The notes under the pieces were generated by a model that worked only from the letters and a program-made list of their open reading frames with translations, was not told the DNA's origin and did not search any database. A DNA stretch of 39,878 bases from Candidatus Eiseniibacteriota bacterium. Its GTDB lineage: Bacteria; Eisenbacteria; RBG-16-71-46; DASYSL01. The stretch is from positions 1 to 39,878 of the forward strand of contig JANPEF010000109.1 in NCBI GenBank assembly GCA_031431875.1, given 5' to 3'. Made by a program: the position numbers and the translations under genes. Shown here piece after piece: positions 31,625 through 39,878 of the stretch (position 1 is the stretch's first letter; every line of letters starts with the position of its first letter).

Positions 31625-31653
31625 ATTCTGCGCAAAGTCGCCCGTGCCGTCAA
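31625..31653 (-). promoter_or_regulatory. Sigma70 promoter, likely giving a leaderless transcript starting at ATG 31618
   Basis: TTGACG-N17-CAGAAT, then 6 nt, then ATG. No SD. Confidence 0.6.
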
Positions 31654-31755
31654 TGCGCCGCATTGCGTCGATGATCCCTTCGCCGGAGTGCTACACTTGT
31701 TGCCCCGCCGGGCTTGAGCGAACGGCTCCGGTCGCACGAGCATCGCGGAGGCAAC

Positions 31756-32646
31756 ATGGCTCGACATCACGGATTCGCCGGTGCGAATCGTCCCCGGGCG
31801 GCCGCCGGTATCGTCGTGGCTGCTCTCCTGGCGGCAGGCCCTGCGCTCGGCGCTTCGACCACGATCCTCATCACGGAAGTCGAGGCCGATCCGGTCCAGC
31901 TCGGCTTCGACTCGCCCTACGAGTGGTTCGAACTCCAGAACATCAGCGACCAGACGCGCACGCTCACGGACTGGACGATGGCCGACAACCAGGCCTCGGA
32001 CGCGCTCCCGACGATCGTGCTCGGGCCCGGGGAGTGTGTCGTTCTGGCCACGAACGGCTCGAACTTCAGCACATCGCATCCGGGCTATTCCGGGAGAGTC
32101 GTCCAGGTCGGAAGCATCGGCGCCGGCCTCGAGAACGCCGCGGACTTCATCGTTCTCCGGGACGACTTGGGGACCGACGTCGACTGCGTCTCCTGGGGAA
32201 CGAGCACGACCTGCTTCAGTCCCGCAGCCGCCGTCCCCGCGGCGAACACCGCCGTCACCCTGCAGCGTGCATCGACGGTGGACACGGATTCCGGTGCCGA
32301 TTGGGCGAGCAACACGAACGAGACTCCCTGCCCCGGGGCCGTCGGCGTGTCGGATCCGCATTCGAGAGTCGGTGGCCCCCGCATCACCATCACCCCGAAC
32401 CCGGGCTTCGGGCGGACCACGATCTCATGCTCCGGTGTCGCCGCGGGCCCGTTGGTGGTCGCGATCCATGACGCCACGGGGCGACGCATCCGGACGCTGC
32501 GCGACGAGGGCTCAGTATCGACGCGGAGCATCGCCTGGAATGGGCTCGACGAGCAGGGCCGCGCCGTCCCCGCAGGGTTCTATCTCGTCACCCTCCCGAA
32601 ACGCCTCGGGGCGCCGGGGGCGGGACGATTCCTCCTGCTGCGGTGA
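31756..32646 (+). CDS. Secreted lamin-tail-domain protein with C-terminal FlgD-Ig/T9SS-like domain
   Basis: ILITEVEADP...EWFELQN...LTDWT, GLENAADFIVL, PNPG...HDATGRRIRTL...WNGLDEQGRAVPAGFYLV. RBS GGAGG. Confidence 0.88.
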   Translation: MARHHGFAGANRPRAAAGIVVAALLAAGPALGASTTILITEVEADPVQLGFDSPYEWFELQNISDQTRTLTDWTMADNQASDALPTIVLGPGECVVLATNGSNFSTSHPGYSGRVVQVGSIGAGLENAADFIVLRDDLGTDVDCVSWGTSTTCFSPAAAVPAANTAVTLQRASTVDTDSGADWASNTNETPCPGAVGVSDPHSRVGGPRITITPNPGFGRTTISCSGVAAGPLVVAIHDATGRRIRTLRDEGSVSTRSIAWNGLDEQGRAVPAGFYLVTLPKRLGAPGAGRFLLLR

Positions 32647-32810
32647 CCGGAGTCCCGGGCGATTTCCGGTCGATCGCGGGAACGCCGGAGGATGGATACG
32701 GGAGCCATCGGCGCGTAATGGCAAGGAGTGGCGGGGGCGGTCTGCCGCGCGCCCCCCGATTTGACCCAGATGATCCCCCCGGCCCGGGGACTTTGCCCTA
32801 CGGTCAGACG

Positions 32811-34478
32811 ATGAAACCTACGATCCGCGTGCCTGCCGCCCTTCGATTCGTCGCATCTCTCGGCCTCCTGCTGTTCCTCGGGGCCTGCTCCGGCTCTTCC
32901 CTCGACCAGGCGAAGCTCCAGCCGCGCGTGACCCGGCTCATCGAAAAGCCCAAGGAGTCCGTCGCCGGGGAGACGCTGCTCCAGCGCGATGCGGTCATCG
33001 CGTTCTACCAGGACCGCAAGTTCAAGCCCGCCTGGGATCTCGGTCCGGGCGCGGCCTCGATTCGCGAGGCGATCGCCGGCATCGGGCAGGACGGCCTCGA
33101 TCCGGACGAGTACCACCTCGCACGGATCGATTCGCTGCTCGCGGGGCGCAAGGAGCAGCGCACCGACGAGCGCGACGCCGAACTCGAGATCCTGTTCAGC
33201 GACGCCGTCGCGGGGATGATCGACCACGCGCGGTACGGTCGCGTCTTGCCGGCCTCGCTCGACAAGCACTGGAACGTCGATCCGCGCAAGGATGCGCCGC
33301 CGATCGCCGAGGCGCTGGCCCGCGTGGCCGGGTCGGTGTCGCCGGCCGCGGGGCTCGAGAAGGAAAAGCTCGATCACTTCATCTACGTCGGCCTGAAGGG
33401 CGAGCTGGACCGGCTTTCGAAGGTCGCGCAGCAGGGCGGCTGGTCGGCGATTCCTGCGGGCGGCGTCCTCGTGCCCGGCGCCCGCGATCCACGGATCGCG
33501 CTCGTTCGCGCGCGGCTCGCCGCGACCGGGGAGCTGCCGCAGGGCACGGCGACGGTGGACGACTCCGTCGGCTACGACAGCGACCTCGCGGCGGCGGTGA
33601 AGGGCTTCCAGACACGGCATCGCCTGATCGATGACGGAAGGCTCGATGCCGGCACGCTCGCCGCAATGAACGTGTCCGTCGAGGACCGGATCGACCAGGT
33701 GAAGGTGAACCTCGAGCGCTCGCGCTGGGTCCTGCCCGGTCTCACGGCCGACTTCGTGCTGGTCAACCTCCCCGCGTTCAAGGCCTACCTGATTCGTGAC
33801 GGCAAGTCCGTCTGGGAATCGCGCACGCAGATCGGCAAGGAGGCGCGCCAGACGCCCATCTTCCGTGCCGACATGAAGCAGGTGATCTTCAATCCGACGT
33901 GGACGGTGCCGCCGACGATCCTGGCCGAGGACGTGCTGGGCGGAATCGCACGCGGCGAGGACATGCTGGCGAAGAAGAAGCTCAAGGTCTACGACGGGGA
34001 TGGCAACCTCGTCGACCCGAAGTCAGTCGACTGGAAGAACGCGACCGCGGGGAACTTTCCCTACACGCTGCGCCAGGACGCCGGCCTCGACAACGCGCTC
34101 GGTCGCGTGAAGTTCATGCTGCCGAATTCGTACAACATCTACCTGCACGACACGCCCAGTCGTGAGCTGTTCGCCTCCGAAGAGCGCACGTTCAGCTCGG
34201 GCTGCATTCGGCTCGAGGATCCGATCGGATTCGCGAAGCAGCTCCTCTCCGACCAGGGCTACGACGACGCGAAGATCAATGACGTCATCGCGACGGGGGA
34301 GACCAAGGGGGTGGACCTGACGACACCGCTTCCGGTGCTCATCGTCTACTGGACGGTCAGCGTGGGGGTTTCCGGCGAGGTGCGCTACGGGCCCGACGTC
34401 TACGATCGCGACGGCATGATCCTCGCGGCGCTGTCCGCACGGCGGGGTCTGGTCTCCGCGGCGGCACCAGCCCGCTGA
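32811..34478 (+). CDS. YcbB/LdtD-like L,D-transpeptidase lipoprotein with peptidoglycan-binding domain
   Basis: Lipobox LGAC, AVKGFQ.RH.L..DG, NLER.RW, NPTWTVP, NALGRVKF, IYLHDTP, SSGCIR. Confidence 0.92.
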   Translation: MKPTIRVPAALRFVASLGLLLFLGACSGSSLDQAKLQPRVTRLIEKPKESVAGETLLQRDAVIAFYQDRKFKPAWDLGPGAASIREAIAGIGQDGLDPDEYHLARIDSLLAGRKEQRTDERDAELEILFSDAVAGMIDHARYGRVLPASLDKHWNVDPRKDAPPIAEALARVAGSVSPAAGLEKEKLDHFIYVGLKGELDRLSKVAQQGGWSAIPAGGVLVPGARDPRIALVRARLAATGELPQGTATVDDSVGYDSDLAAAVKGFQTRHRLIDDGRLDAGTLAAMNVSVEDRIDQVKVNLERSRWVLPGLTADFVLVNLPAFKAYLIRDGKSVWESRTQIGKEARQTPIFRADMKQVIFNPTWTVPPTILAEDVLGGIARGEDMLAKKKLKVYDGDGNLVDPKSVDWKNATAGNFPYTLRQDAGLDNALGRVKFMLPNSYNIYLHDTPSRELFASEERTFSSGCIRLEDPIGFAKQLLSDQGYDDAKINDVIATGETKGVDLTTPLPVLIVYWTVSVGVSGEVRYGPDVYDRDGMILAALSARRGLVSAAAPAR

Positions 34479-34485
34479 GCGCCGG

Positions 34486-35256
34486 TCAGTCGCCGGCCGT
34501 GGCTCCGCCCGCGCCGAGGTGCCGCCCGAACCACGCCAGCGTCCGCTCCCATGCGGCCTGCGCGGCCGTGGGGTGATACGCCGGGCGCATGTCGCAGAAG
34601 AAGGCGTGCTTTGCTCCCTCGTAGACGACGACCTCGTGCGGTTCGGCGAGGCCGTCGATGCGCGCGCGGATCGCCTCGACGTCCGCCGGCGGGATGCCGC
34701 CGTCCTCGGAGCCGAACAGGCATAGCAGCGGCGCGCGGATCCCGTCCGCCTCGTCGAGCAGCGGTGTGAGCGCGAGGCCCGGGCGCGGACGCACGATGCC
34801 TCCTCCATACAACGAGACGGTGGCCGCCGGATCGAGCCGGCTCGCGGCGAGGAATGCCGCGAAGCCGCCGACGCAGAAGCCGACCACGCCGACACGCGCG
34901 GCATCGACGTCGCGGCTCTCGCGCAGGTGCGCGAGTGCGGCGGCGAGGTCCTGCTCGAGTCCCGCGTTGGTGAGCAGTGCGAGCTGCACCATGGCGGGGG
35001 GCATGTCCGCGTAGGGGATCTCGATCCCGGTGCCGGCCCGGTGGAAGATCTCGGGCGCGAGCGCGACGTAGCCCGCCGCGGCGAAGCGGCGGCAGACGTC
35101 GCGAATGTGCGCGTTGACGCCGAACGCCTCCTGCACCACGACGAGTGCGGCGTGCGGGCCGGGGGACGCTGGCGCGACGAGCCAGGCGTCCATGGGTCCG
35201 TCGGCGGTGGAGATCGTGACACGGGCTTCCGTGGGCGCGGCGGTGGGATCGGTCAT
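34486..35256 (-). CDS. Dienelactone hydrolase family protein
   Basis: QEAFGVNAHI, GFCVGG, FGSEDGGIP, YEGAKHAF, AW.RTLAWF. Start at 35256 or 35265. Confidence 0.92.
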   Translation of the reverse strand: MTDPTAAPTEARVTISTADGPMDAWLVAPASPGPHAALVVVQEAFGVNAHIRDVCRRFAAAGYVALAPEIFHRAGTGIEIPYADMPPAMVQLALLTNAGLEQDLAAALAHLRESRDVDAARVGVVGFCVGGFAAFLAASRLDPAATVSLYGGGIVRPRPGLALTPLLDEADGIRAPLLCLFGSEDGGIPPADVEAIRARIDGLAEPHEVVVYEGAKHAFFCDMRPAYHPTAAQAAWERTLAWFGRHLGAGGATAGD

Positions 35257-35306
35257 GCGGGACATCGTGCCACGGGTCGGGCGCGCGGTCGATGGGGCGC
35301 GTGGCG

Positions 35307-36017
35307 TCACGAGGAGCGGCGCCCCGGCACCCCGCGGAACGCGAGCCAGAAAATGATCGGCAGCTCGCCGAGTTCGAGGATCAACGCCACCTGTCCCACG
35401 GCGGGTGCGAACTGCGGCAGCAGGATCACGGTGAACGCGTTCACGACGTAGGCGAGCCCGGCGACCATCACCGCGAACCCGAGGATGCGGGGGAAGTACC
35501 CCGAGCGCACGATGAGCCGCCCGAACGGAAACAGCCAGAGCCCCCAGAAGATCGAGGCGACGATGATTCCCTTGTCGTGCAGGCGCAGGAAGAGGTAGGC
35601 GAGAGCATCGAGCTGCCGGGGCTCGAAGACCGCGAGGAAGTCGGCGCCGCCGAGCAGCGTGAGCGCGGCCTGCTCGTTGACGACGTTGAGGAACGTGATC
35701 GGGACGGACACCAGGCCGCCGAGGACCACCATCTGCTTCGCCAGGCGCTCGTCGACGTCCTTGAACAGGCGGTACAACGCCAGCACGACGAAGATGGCGA
35801 TCGCCTGGTGGATCAGTTCGCTGGCGATCCCGACGCGGAGCAACCAGGCGGACGCGCGGATGCGCTCGGCCGTGGCCGTCGCGTCGCGCGCGACGATGAG
35901 CTGGCCGGGGACGTACAGAAGTCCGATGGGGGCGATGAGCCCCATGAGGAAATACAGCCTCCCAGCGACCTTCGCGCGCCGGTCGATCGAGTCCGGGACC
36001 ACGGCGGGTGCGCTCAT
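35307..36017 (-). CDS. DUF4386-like integral membrane protein
   Basis: AGRLYFL...DATATAERI...LYRLFKDV...IFWGLWLFPFG.LI.RSGYFPRILG...GEL....WL. Confidence 0.82.
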   Translation of the reverse strand: MSAPAVVPDSIDRRAKVAGRLYFLMGLIAPIGLLYVPGQLIVARDATATAERIRASAWLLRVGIASELIHQAIAIFVVLALYRLFKDVDERLAKQMVVLGGLVSVPITFLNVVNEQAALTLLGGADFLAVFEPRQLDALAYLFLRLHDKGIIVASIFWGLWLFPFGRLIVRSGYFPRILGFAVMVAGLAYVVNAFTVILLPQFAPAVGQVALILELGELPIIFWLAFRGVPGRRSS

Positions 36018-36382
36018 GCCGACTCCGCCGCGCCCGCGACGACGAGGCCGCGCAGGGCCTTCCGTACACGCACGCGCCACACCCAGACGAGCATCGTGGC
36101 GAACTCGACGCGCCGCGCCGCGACCGTCGACGCCCGCACGGTGAGCAGCGCAGTGACCACGAGGTAGGCCGTGACGATCGCCGCGGCGAGGTTGATCACC
36201 GCCCACGCGCCGTGCAGTACGGCGAGGACCATCCCGGTCGTCGCCATGGTGAGCATCACGGCGACGAAGAACACTCCGGCCTTGCGATGGAGCGGCGCCC
36301 CTTTCGCCGCGTGGAGCGCGAGGAACCCCGAGACCAGCCCGAGGCCGCCCGCGAGGATGTGGGCCAACAGCAGGGGCAGCAT
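36014..36382 (-). CDS. DUF2306-like membrane protein, short (possible internal deletion)
   Basis: HILAG..GLVSG..AL...KG..LHRKAG..F...M N-terminal motif. ATGA-coupled to the DUF4386 gene. Confidence 0.65.
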   Translation of the reverse strand: MLPLLLAHILAGGLGLVSGFLALHAAKGAPLHRKAGVFFVAVMLTMATTGMVLAVLHGAWAVINLAAAIVTAYLVVTALLTVRASTVAARRVEFATMLVWVWRVRVRKALRGLVVAGAAESA

Positions 36383-36385
36383 GCC

Positions 36386-36634
36386 TCAGCGCCCCCCGGT
36401 CCGCACAGTGCCGATGGCGCCGCGATACGCGAGGGCTTCGTGCTTGAGCGCACGCGCGAACGCGACCGTCGTCTTGACGACGACGAGGCGGCCAGCCCGG
36501 AGCAGGGTCTCGGCCGCTCCGGCGGACGACAGCTGCTCGAGGACGCAGCCGCTGGCAGGTCGGGCTTCGGCCCCGCAGAGCAGGGCCACGGAGGCAAGGA
36601 GCACGAGAACGGATCTTCGGATGAACGGTCGCAT
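36386..36634 (-). CDS. Small hypothetical exported protein
   Basis: Strong RBS AGGAGG and signal-peptide-like N-terminus. Stop is 3 nt before the next ATG. Confidence 0.6.
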   Translation of the reverse strand: MRPFIRRSVLVLLASVALLCGAEARPASGCVLEQLSSAGAAETLLRAGRLVVVKTTVAFARALKHEALAYRGAIGTVRTGGR

Positions 36635-36713
36635 GGCGAACCTCCTGAACATGCACGACTGCTGCATGCCAGGAAGAATGAGCGCCGTCCCGGGTCCGCG
36701 GAAGCCGGTTGCG

Positions 36714-36763
36714 ACGAGTGGCAGAACGGAGGGACTGAATGGCGGTGGGGGCGGACGAACCAC
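36714..36763 (-). promoter_or_regulatory. Three imperfect direct repeats, candidate LytTR binding sites
   Basis: Minus strand GTGGTTCGT, GCCATTCAG and GCCACTCGT at 20-21 nt periodicity, between the LytTR gene and the downstream operon. Confidence 0.5.
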
Positions 36764-36777
36764 GGGGCCTGCCGGGC

Positions 36778-37569
36778 CTACATCTGCCGAAACAGGTGCA
36801 GGTAGTTGCGGCTGACGGGCAGCACGTCGGCGCGGCCCTTGAGGTGGATGTCCGCCGTCTCGTTGTCACCGCGCGTGACGTGGCTGATGGCGCGCAGGTT
36901 GACCACGACCGAACGGTGCACCTGCGCGAACTGCGCGGGATCGAGCTGGGAGACGAGGTCCTTGAGCGCGACGCGCAAGAGCGCCTCGGCGGGCTGTCCG
37001 GCGTCGCCGCGCCACGCCACGAGCGTGTACTTCGTGTCGGAGCGCAGGTAGTCGATCTCCTCGACCGGGATCAGGCGCAACGTCTCGCCGACCTGGGCGC
37101 GAATCCAGCGCAGCGGCTCCGGGGCGGCGCCGGACTGGATCTGCGCAAGGTGCGCGGCGAGTTGCTGCAGCACGGCATCGGCGTCGTGCGCGGGTTGCGC
37201 GGAGCGCAGGCGCTCCTGCAGGCGCGCGACCGTCTCGGCAAGTCGCTCGGGCTCGACGGGCTTCACCACGTAGTCGAGCGCGCCCTGGGCGAACGCCTGC
37301 ACGGCATAGTGATCGAACGCGGTGACGAAGACGAGGTGTGCGCGGCGGCCGATCTTCCGGGCCGCCTCGATGCCGGACATCCCCGGCATGTGGACGTCGA
37401 GGAAGCAGATGTCGGGCCGGTGGGTCTCGAAAGACTCGACAGCTTCGCGGCCGTTGCGCGCCTGGGCGACGATCTCGAGCTCCGGCCACGCGCCGACCAG
37501 CTGGCGGGCCAGGGCCTCGCGGAGGAGCGGCTCGTCGTCGGCGATCAGTGCCGTCGGGTGGGAGCGCAT
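36778..37569 (-). CDS. LytTR-family DNA-binding response regulator
   Basis: IADDE, FLDVHMP, FVTAFD.YAVQAF...DYVVKP, KYT, F.QVHRS.VVN, LPVSR.Y. Confidence 0.93.
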   Translation of the reverse strand: MRSHPTALIADDEPLLREALARQLVGAWPELEIVAQARNGREAVESFETHRPDICFLDVHMPGMSGIEAARKIGRRAHLVFVTAFDHYAVQAFAQGALDYVVKPVEPERLAETVARLQERLRSAQPAHDADAVLQQLAAHLAQIQSGAAPEPLRWIRAQVGETLRLIPVEEIDYLRSDTKYTLVAWRGDAGQPAEALLRVALKDLVSQLDPAQFAQVHRSVVVNLRAISHVTRGDNETADIHLKGRADVLPVSRNYLHLFRQM

Positions 37570-38654
37570 CAGTCCGTCGACCCGCGGACGGGGATGTTCA
37601 CCTCGGCGGAGACCCCGCGCGGGGACTGCGCGACGACCCGGAGCTCTGCCGTCTCGCCGAAGGCCAACCGCAAACGCTCGCGCAGCGTCGCGAGGCCGGT
37701 GCCCAGGCCGTTGCCGGTCGGGCGCAGACCCACGCCCGTGTCGCTGACCCGCAGGATGCAGCGCTCGCCGCGTCGTTCGACGGAGACGTCGATGCGGCCG
37801 CCCTCCTCGCCCGGGTCGATCCCGTGGCGCACCGCGTTCTCGACCAGCGTCAGCAAGGTCATCGGCGGGCAGGGCAGCGCCAGCGCCGCCTCGTCGCCGT
37901 GCAGCGAGAACTGCAGTCGATCGGGCATGCGCATGTGCATGAGCTCGAGGTAGGCGCGGACGAGCTGCAGCTCCTGCCCGAGCGTGGTGGCCGGCTCGTC
38001 GAGGCGGGGCACCGCCGCGCGCAGGTAGGCAACCAGGCTCTGCAGCACCGCCGGAGCCCGCGGCGATCCCGCCTCGACCAGCGCCTGCACGTTGGCCAGC
38101 GTGTTGAACAGGAAGTGCGGCGTGACCTGCGCCTGCAACAGGCGAAGCCGGGCGTCCAGCGCCTGCCGACCGAGTTCACTGCGTTCCAGGTCGAAGGCGA
38201 GAGCCTGGTGGCGTGCCAGCGCCTCCTTCTGCCGCACCAGCGCACCCAGGGCCATCCAGGGCGCGACGAACAGCCCGAGCACGGTCAGGATGGAGAAGCC
38301 TTCCATGCGCGACTTGACGAGATAGAACGCCGGCGCGCCGGCCGGTGTCGACAGCGCGTAGAGGATCGCGACGCTGGGTGGAATGCACACCCCGACCGCT
38401 ACCACCTGGAGCACCCAGCGCGCGATCCAGCGGGGGAGGCGCCGTGGCCAGCGTTCGAACAGGCCAAACACGAGCATCGCGATCAGCCCGAGCGTCACCG
38501 TGCGCACGATCGCGGACGCGGACCCGGACTTCCACCCGGAGTGGCTCAGCAGGAGGCCGATGGCGCCGGAGACCGCAACCGTGAAGAGGACGCGCCGCCA
38601 GTGCAGGATCCCGGGCGGTCCACCAGGCTTCAATGGTTCTGCAAGCGTGCGCAT
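37569..38654 (-). CDS. LytS/YesM-type membrane sensor histidine kinase
   Basis: Four TM helices, LQAQVTPHFLFNTL, LVENAVRHG, DTGVG, GTGL. TGATG coupling to the regulator. Confidence 0.92.
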   Translation of the reverse strand: MRTLAEPLKPGGPPGILHWRRVLFTVAVSGAIGLLLSHSGWKSGSASAIVRTVTLGLIAMLVFGLFERWPRRLPRWIARWVLQVVAVGVCIPPSVAILYALSTPAGAPAFYLVKSRMEGFSILTVLGLFVAPWMALGALVRQKEALARHQALAFDLERSELGRQALDARLRLLQAQVTPHFLFNTLANVQALVEAGSPRAPAVLQSLVAYLRAAVPRLDEPATTLGQELQLVRAYLELMHMRMPDRLQFSLHGDEAALALPCPPMTLLTLVENAVRHGIDPGEEGGRIDVSVERRGERCILRVSDTGVGLRPTGNGLGTGLATLRERLRLAFGETAELRVVAQSPRGVSAEVNIPVRGSTD

Positions 38655-38703
38655 GGCCCGAGGATAGTCCAGACGCGTGCGGGAACCAACGAAGCGTGCG
38701 GGG

Positions 38704-39150
38704 CTACTCGCCTTCGCCGCCCCCGTCGAGGAAGCGATCCGGCGCGTCGGTCGTGGGAAACGTGCAGACATCGCGGCGGCCGAACCAACGGTAGCGCGAG
38801 CGGGCGATACGATCGTACGCCCAGTCGCGTAAGGCGCGCGGCGCGAGCTGCGCGAGTCGTGCGAGGATCGGCCACGGCTGGCGCAGCTGTGCGGCCACCG
38901 CGAGCGCCCCGTCGCTGCGCACGAGCATGGCGTCGCCGGCCAGGACGACCACGCTGTCGGTTCCCCGTGGGAGTCCGCCGCGTGCCGCGAGGAGCCCGCG
39001 CGCGGTCTCCGACTGCAGTTGCGCGAAGACAATGCGCGCGTGGGGATCGCCCGCGATCACGAAACGCACACCGGCGTGGCACAGGTTGCAGACGCCATCG
39101 AAGAGAACCACGATCCGATCGGACGGGGCGGATACGTCGGGAGCGCGCAT
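38704..39150 (-). CDS. DCC1-like thiol-disulfide oxidoreductase (DUF393)
   Basis: VVLFDGVCNLC, FAQLQS, RSDGAL, RDWAYDRIARSRYRWFG...C. Confidence 0.9.
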   Translation of the reverse strand: MRAPDVSAPSDRIVVLFDGVCNLCHAGVRFVIAGDPHARIVFAQLQSETARGLLAARGGLPRGTDSVVVLAGDAMLVRSDGALAVAAQLRQPWPILARLAQLAPRALRDWAYDRIARSRYRWFGRRDVCTFPTTDAPDRFLDGGGEGE

Positions 39151-39285
39151 GGGGCGAGGATACCCCAGCACCCGAGGGCACCCGCGCCGGAGGCTCCGGC
39201 CGTATTGGCGGGGCGGCCGCGGGGCGGAACGACGTGCTAGATTGGTGGCCCGAACGCAGTTGCCCACCCGCCCCGGAGCCCGCTC

Positions 39286-39878
39286 ATGCACCACGGCCGC
39301 ACCCGTCATGTCCTCGCGATCGTCAGCGGGGTTCTCGGGATCCTGTTGATCCTCGCCGCCGTGCTCCTGGGCTACGCGCGGCGCTCGCTGTTCGACGAGC
39401 GCGCGTTTGCCGCGCGCGTCGCGGAGAGCTTCGAGGATCCGCGGGTCGCCAACTTCGCCGCCGAGCAGATCGCCGACGGGATCATCAGCGCCAAGCCGGA
39501 CCTCGTCGGCCTGCGGCCCATTCTCGTCGGCACCAGCCGGGGCGTCGTCGCATCGGCCCCGTTCCGTGCGGCGATCAAGCGGGCCGCGCGCACGCTTCAC
39601 CACGCGATCACCACGGGAACGGCCGAGGACATCGTCCTCACGGTGAAGGATGTCGGAGCGCTGCTCGAGAGCGCCGTCGCGAACCAGCCCGGCATCGCCG
39701 GCAAGCTGCCTCGTGGATTGACCGCTGCGGTCGGGACACTCAAGTCCCTGCCCGGCGGCGATCGTGCCGAGTGGATCGTCCGCGTCGCCAACCGGATGCG
39801 CGCGGCCACGCTCGTCTTCCTCCTGCTCGGCATCGCGCTGTGCTTCGCGTGCGGGTGGCTCGCCCGCGATCGCCGGCG
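39286..39878 (+). CDS. Hypothetical membrane protein, partial at window end
   Basis: ATG 39286 after GGAG. Open to the window end (MHHGRTRHVLAIVSGVLGILLILAAVLLGYARRSLFDERAF...) with TM helices and host-like codon usage. Confidence 0.75.
   Translation, partial: MHHGRTRHVLAIVSGVLGILLILAAVLLGYARRSLFDERAFAARVAESFEDPRVANFAAEQIADGIISAKPDLVGLRPILVGTSRGVVASAPFRAAIKRAARTLHHAITTGTAEDIVLTVKDVGALLESAVANQPGIAGKLPRGLTAAVGTLKSLPGGDRAEWIVRVANRMRAATLVFLLLGIALCFACGWLARDRR

Noticed and set aside
32645..32671. Hairpin after the lamin-tail gene as an intrinsic terminator
   Set aside because: The stem is imperfect and has no U-tract, so support is insufficient.

Overview
High-GC bacterial window. Three secreted proteins end in an FlgD-Ig/T9SS-like C-terminal domain, which suggests a Ca. 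Eisenbacteria/Latescibacterota-like host (inference). The first ~12 kb is a scarred accessory region. It holds two diverged 3' ends of moeA bracketing a large secreted protein gene with a single frameshift, then a three-gene defence cassette (Dcm/EcoRII-type C5 methyltransferase, MIG-like HhH-GPD mismatch glycosylase, MvaI/BcnI-family endonuclease) and an intact IS3-family element. It also holds an NHL-repeat protein and several gene relics (transposase, DUF985 cupin, Ser/Thr kinase, HI0933/YhiN). Next come a hybrid sensor kinase, a REC-RsbW fusion and a TonB-like protein. Two tandem heavy-metal RND efflux operons follow (czcCBA-like and cusCBA-like). Each is preceded by a small exported, metal-ligand-rich leader ORF ending in an R(G)APP motif, with an anti-Shine-Dalgarno sequence at its stop codon. 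This candidate metal-sensing translational attenuation system is the most interesting signal. The last ~8 kb is mostly ordinary: lamin-tail protein, L,D-transpeptidase, dienelactone hydrolase, a LytS/LytTR pair with target genes, a DCC-family oxidoreductase and a partial membrane protein. No rRNA, tRNA or CRISPR array was seen. All family calls come from recalled motifs, not database searches.
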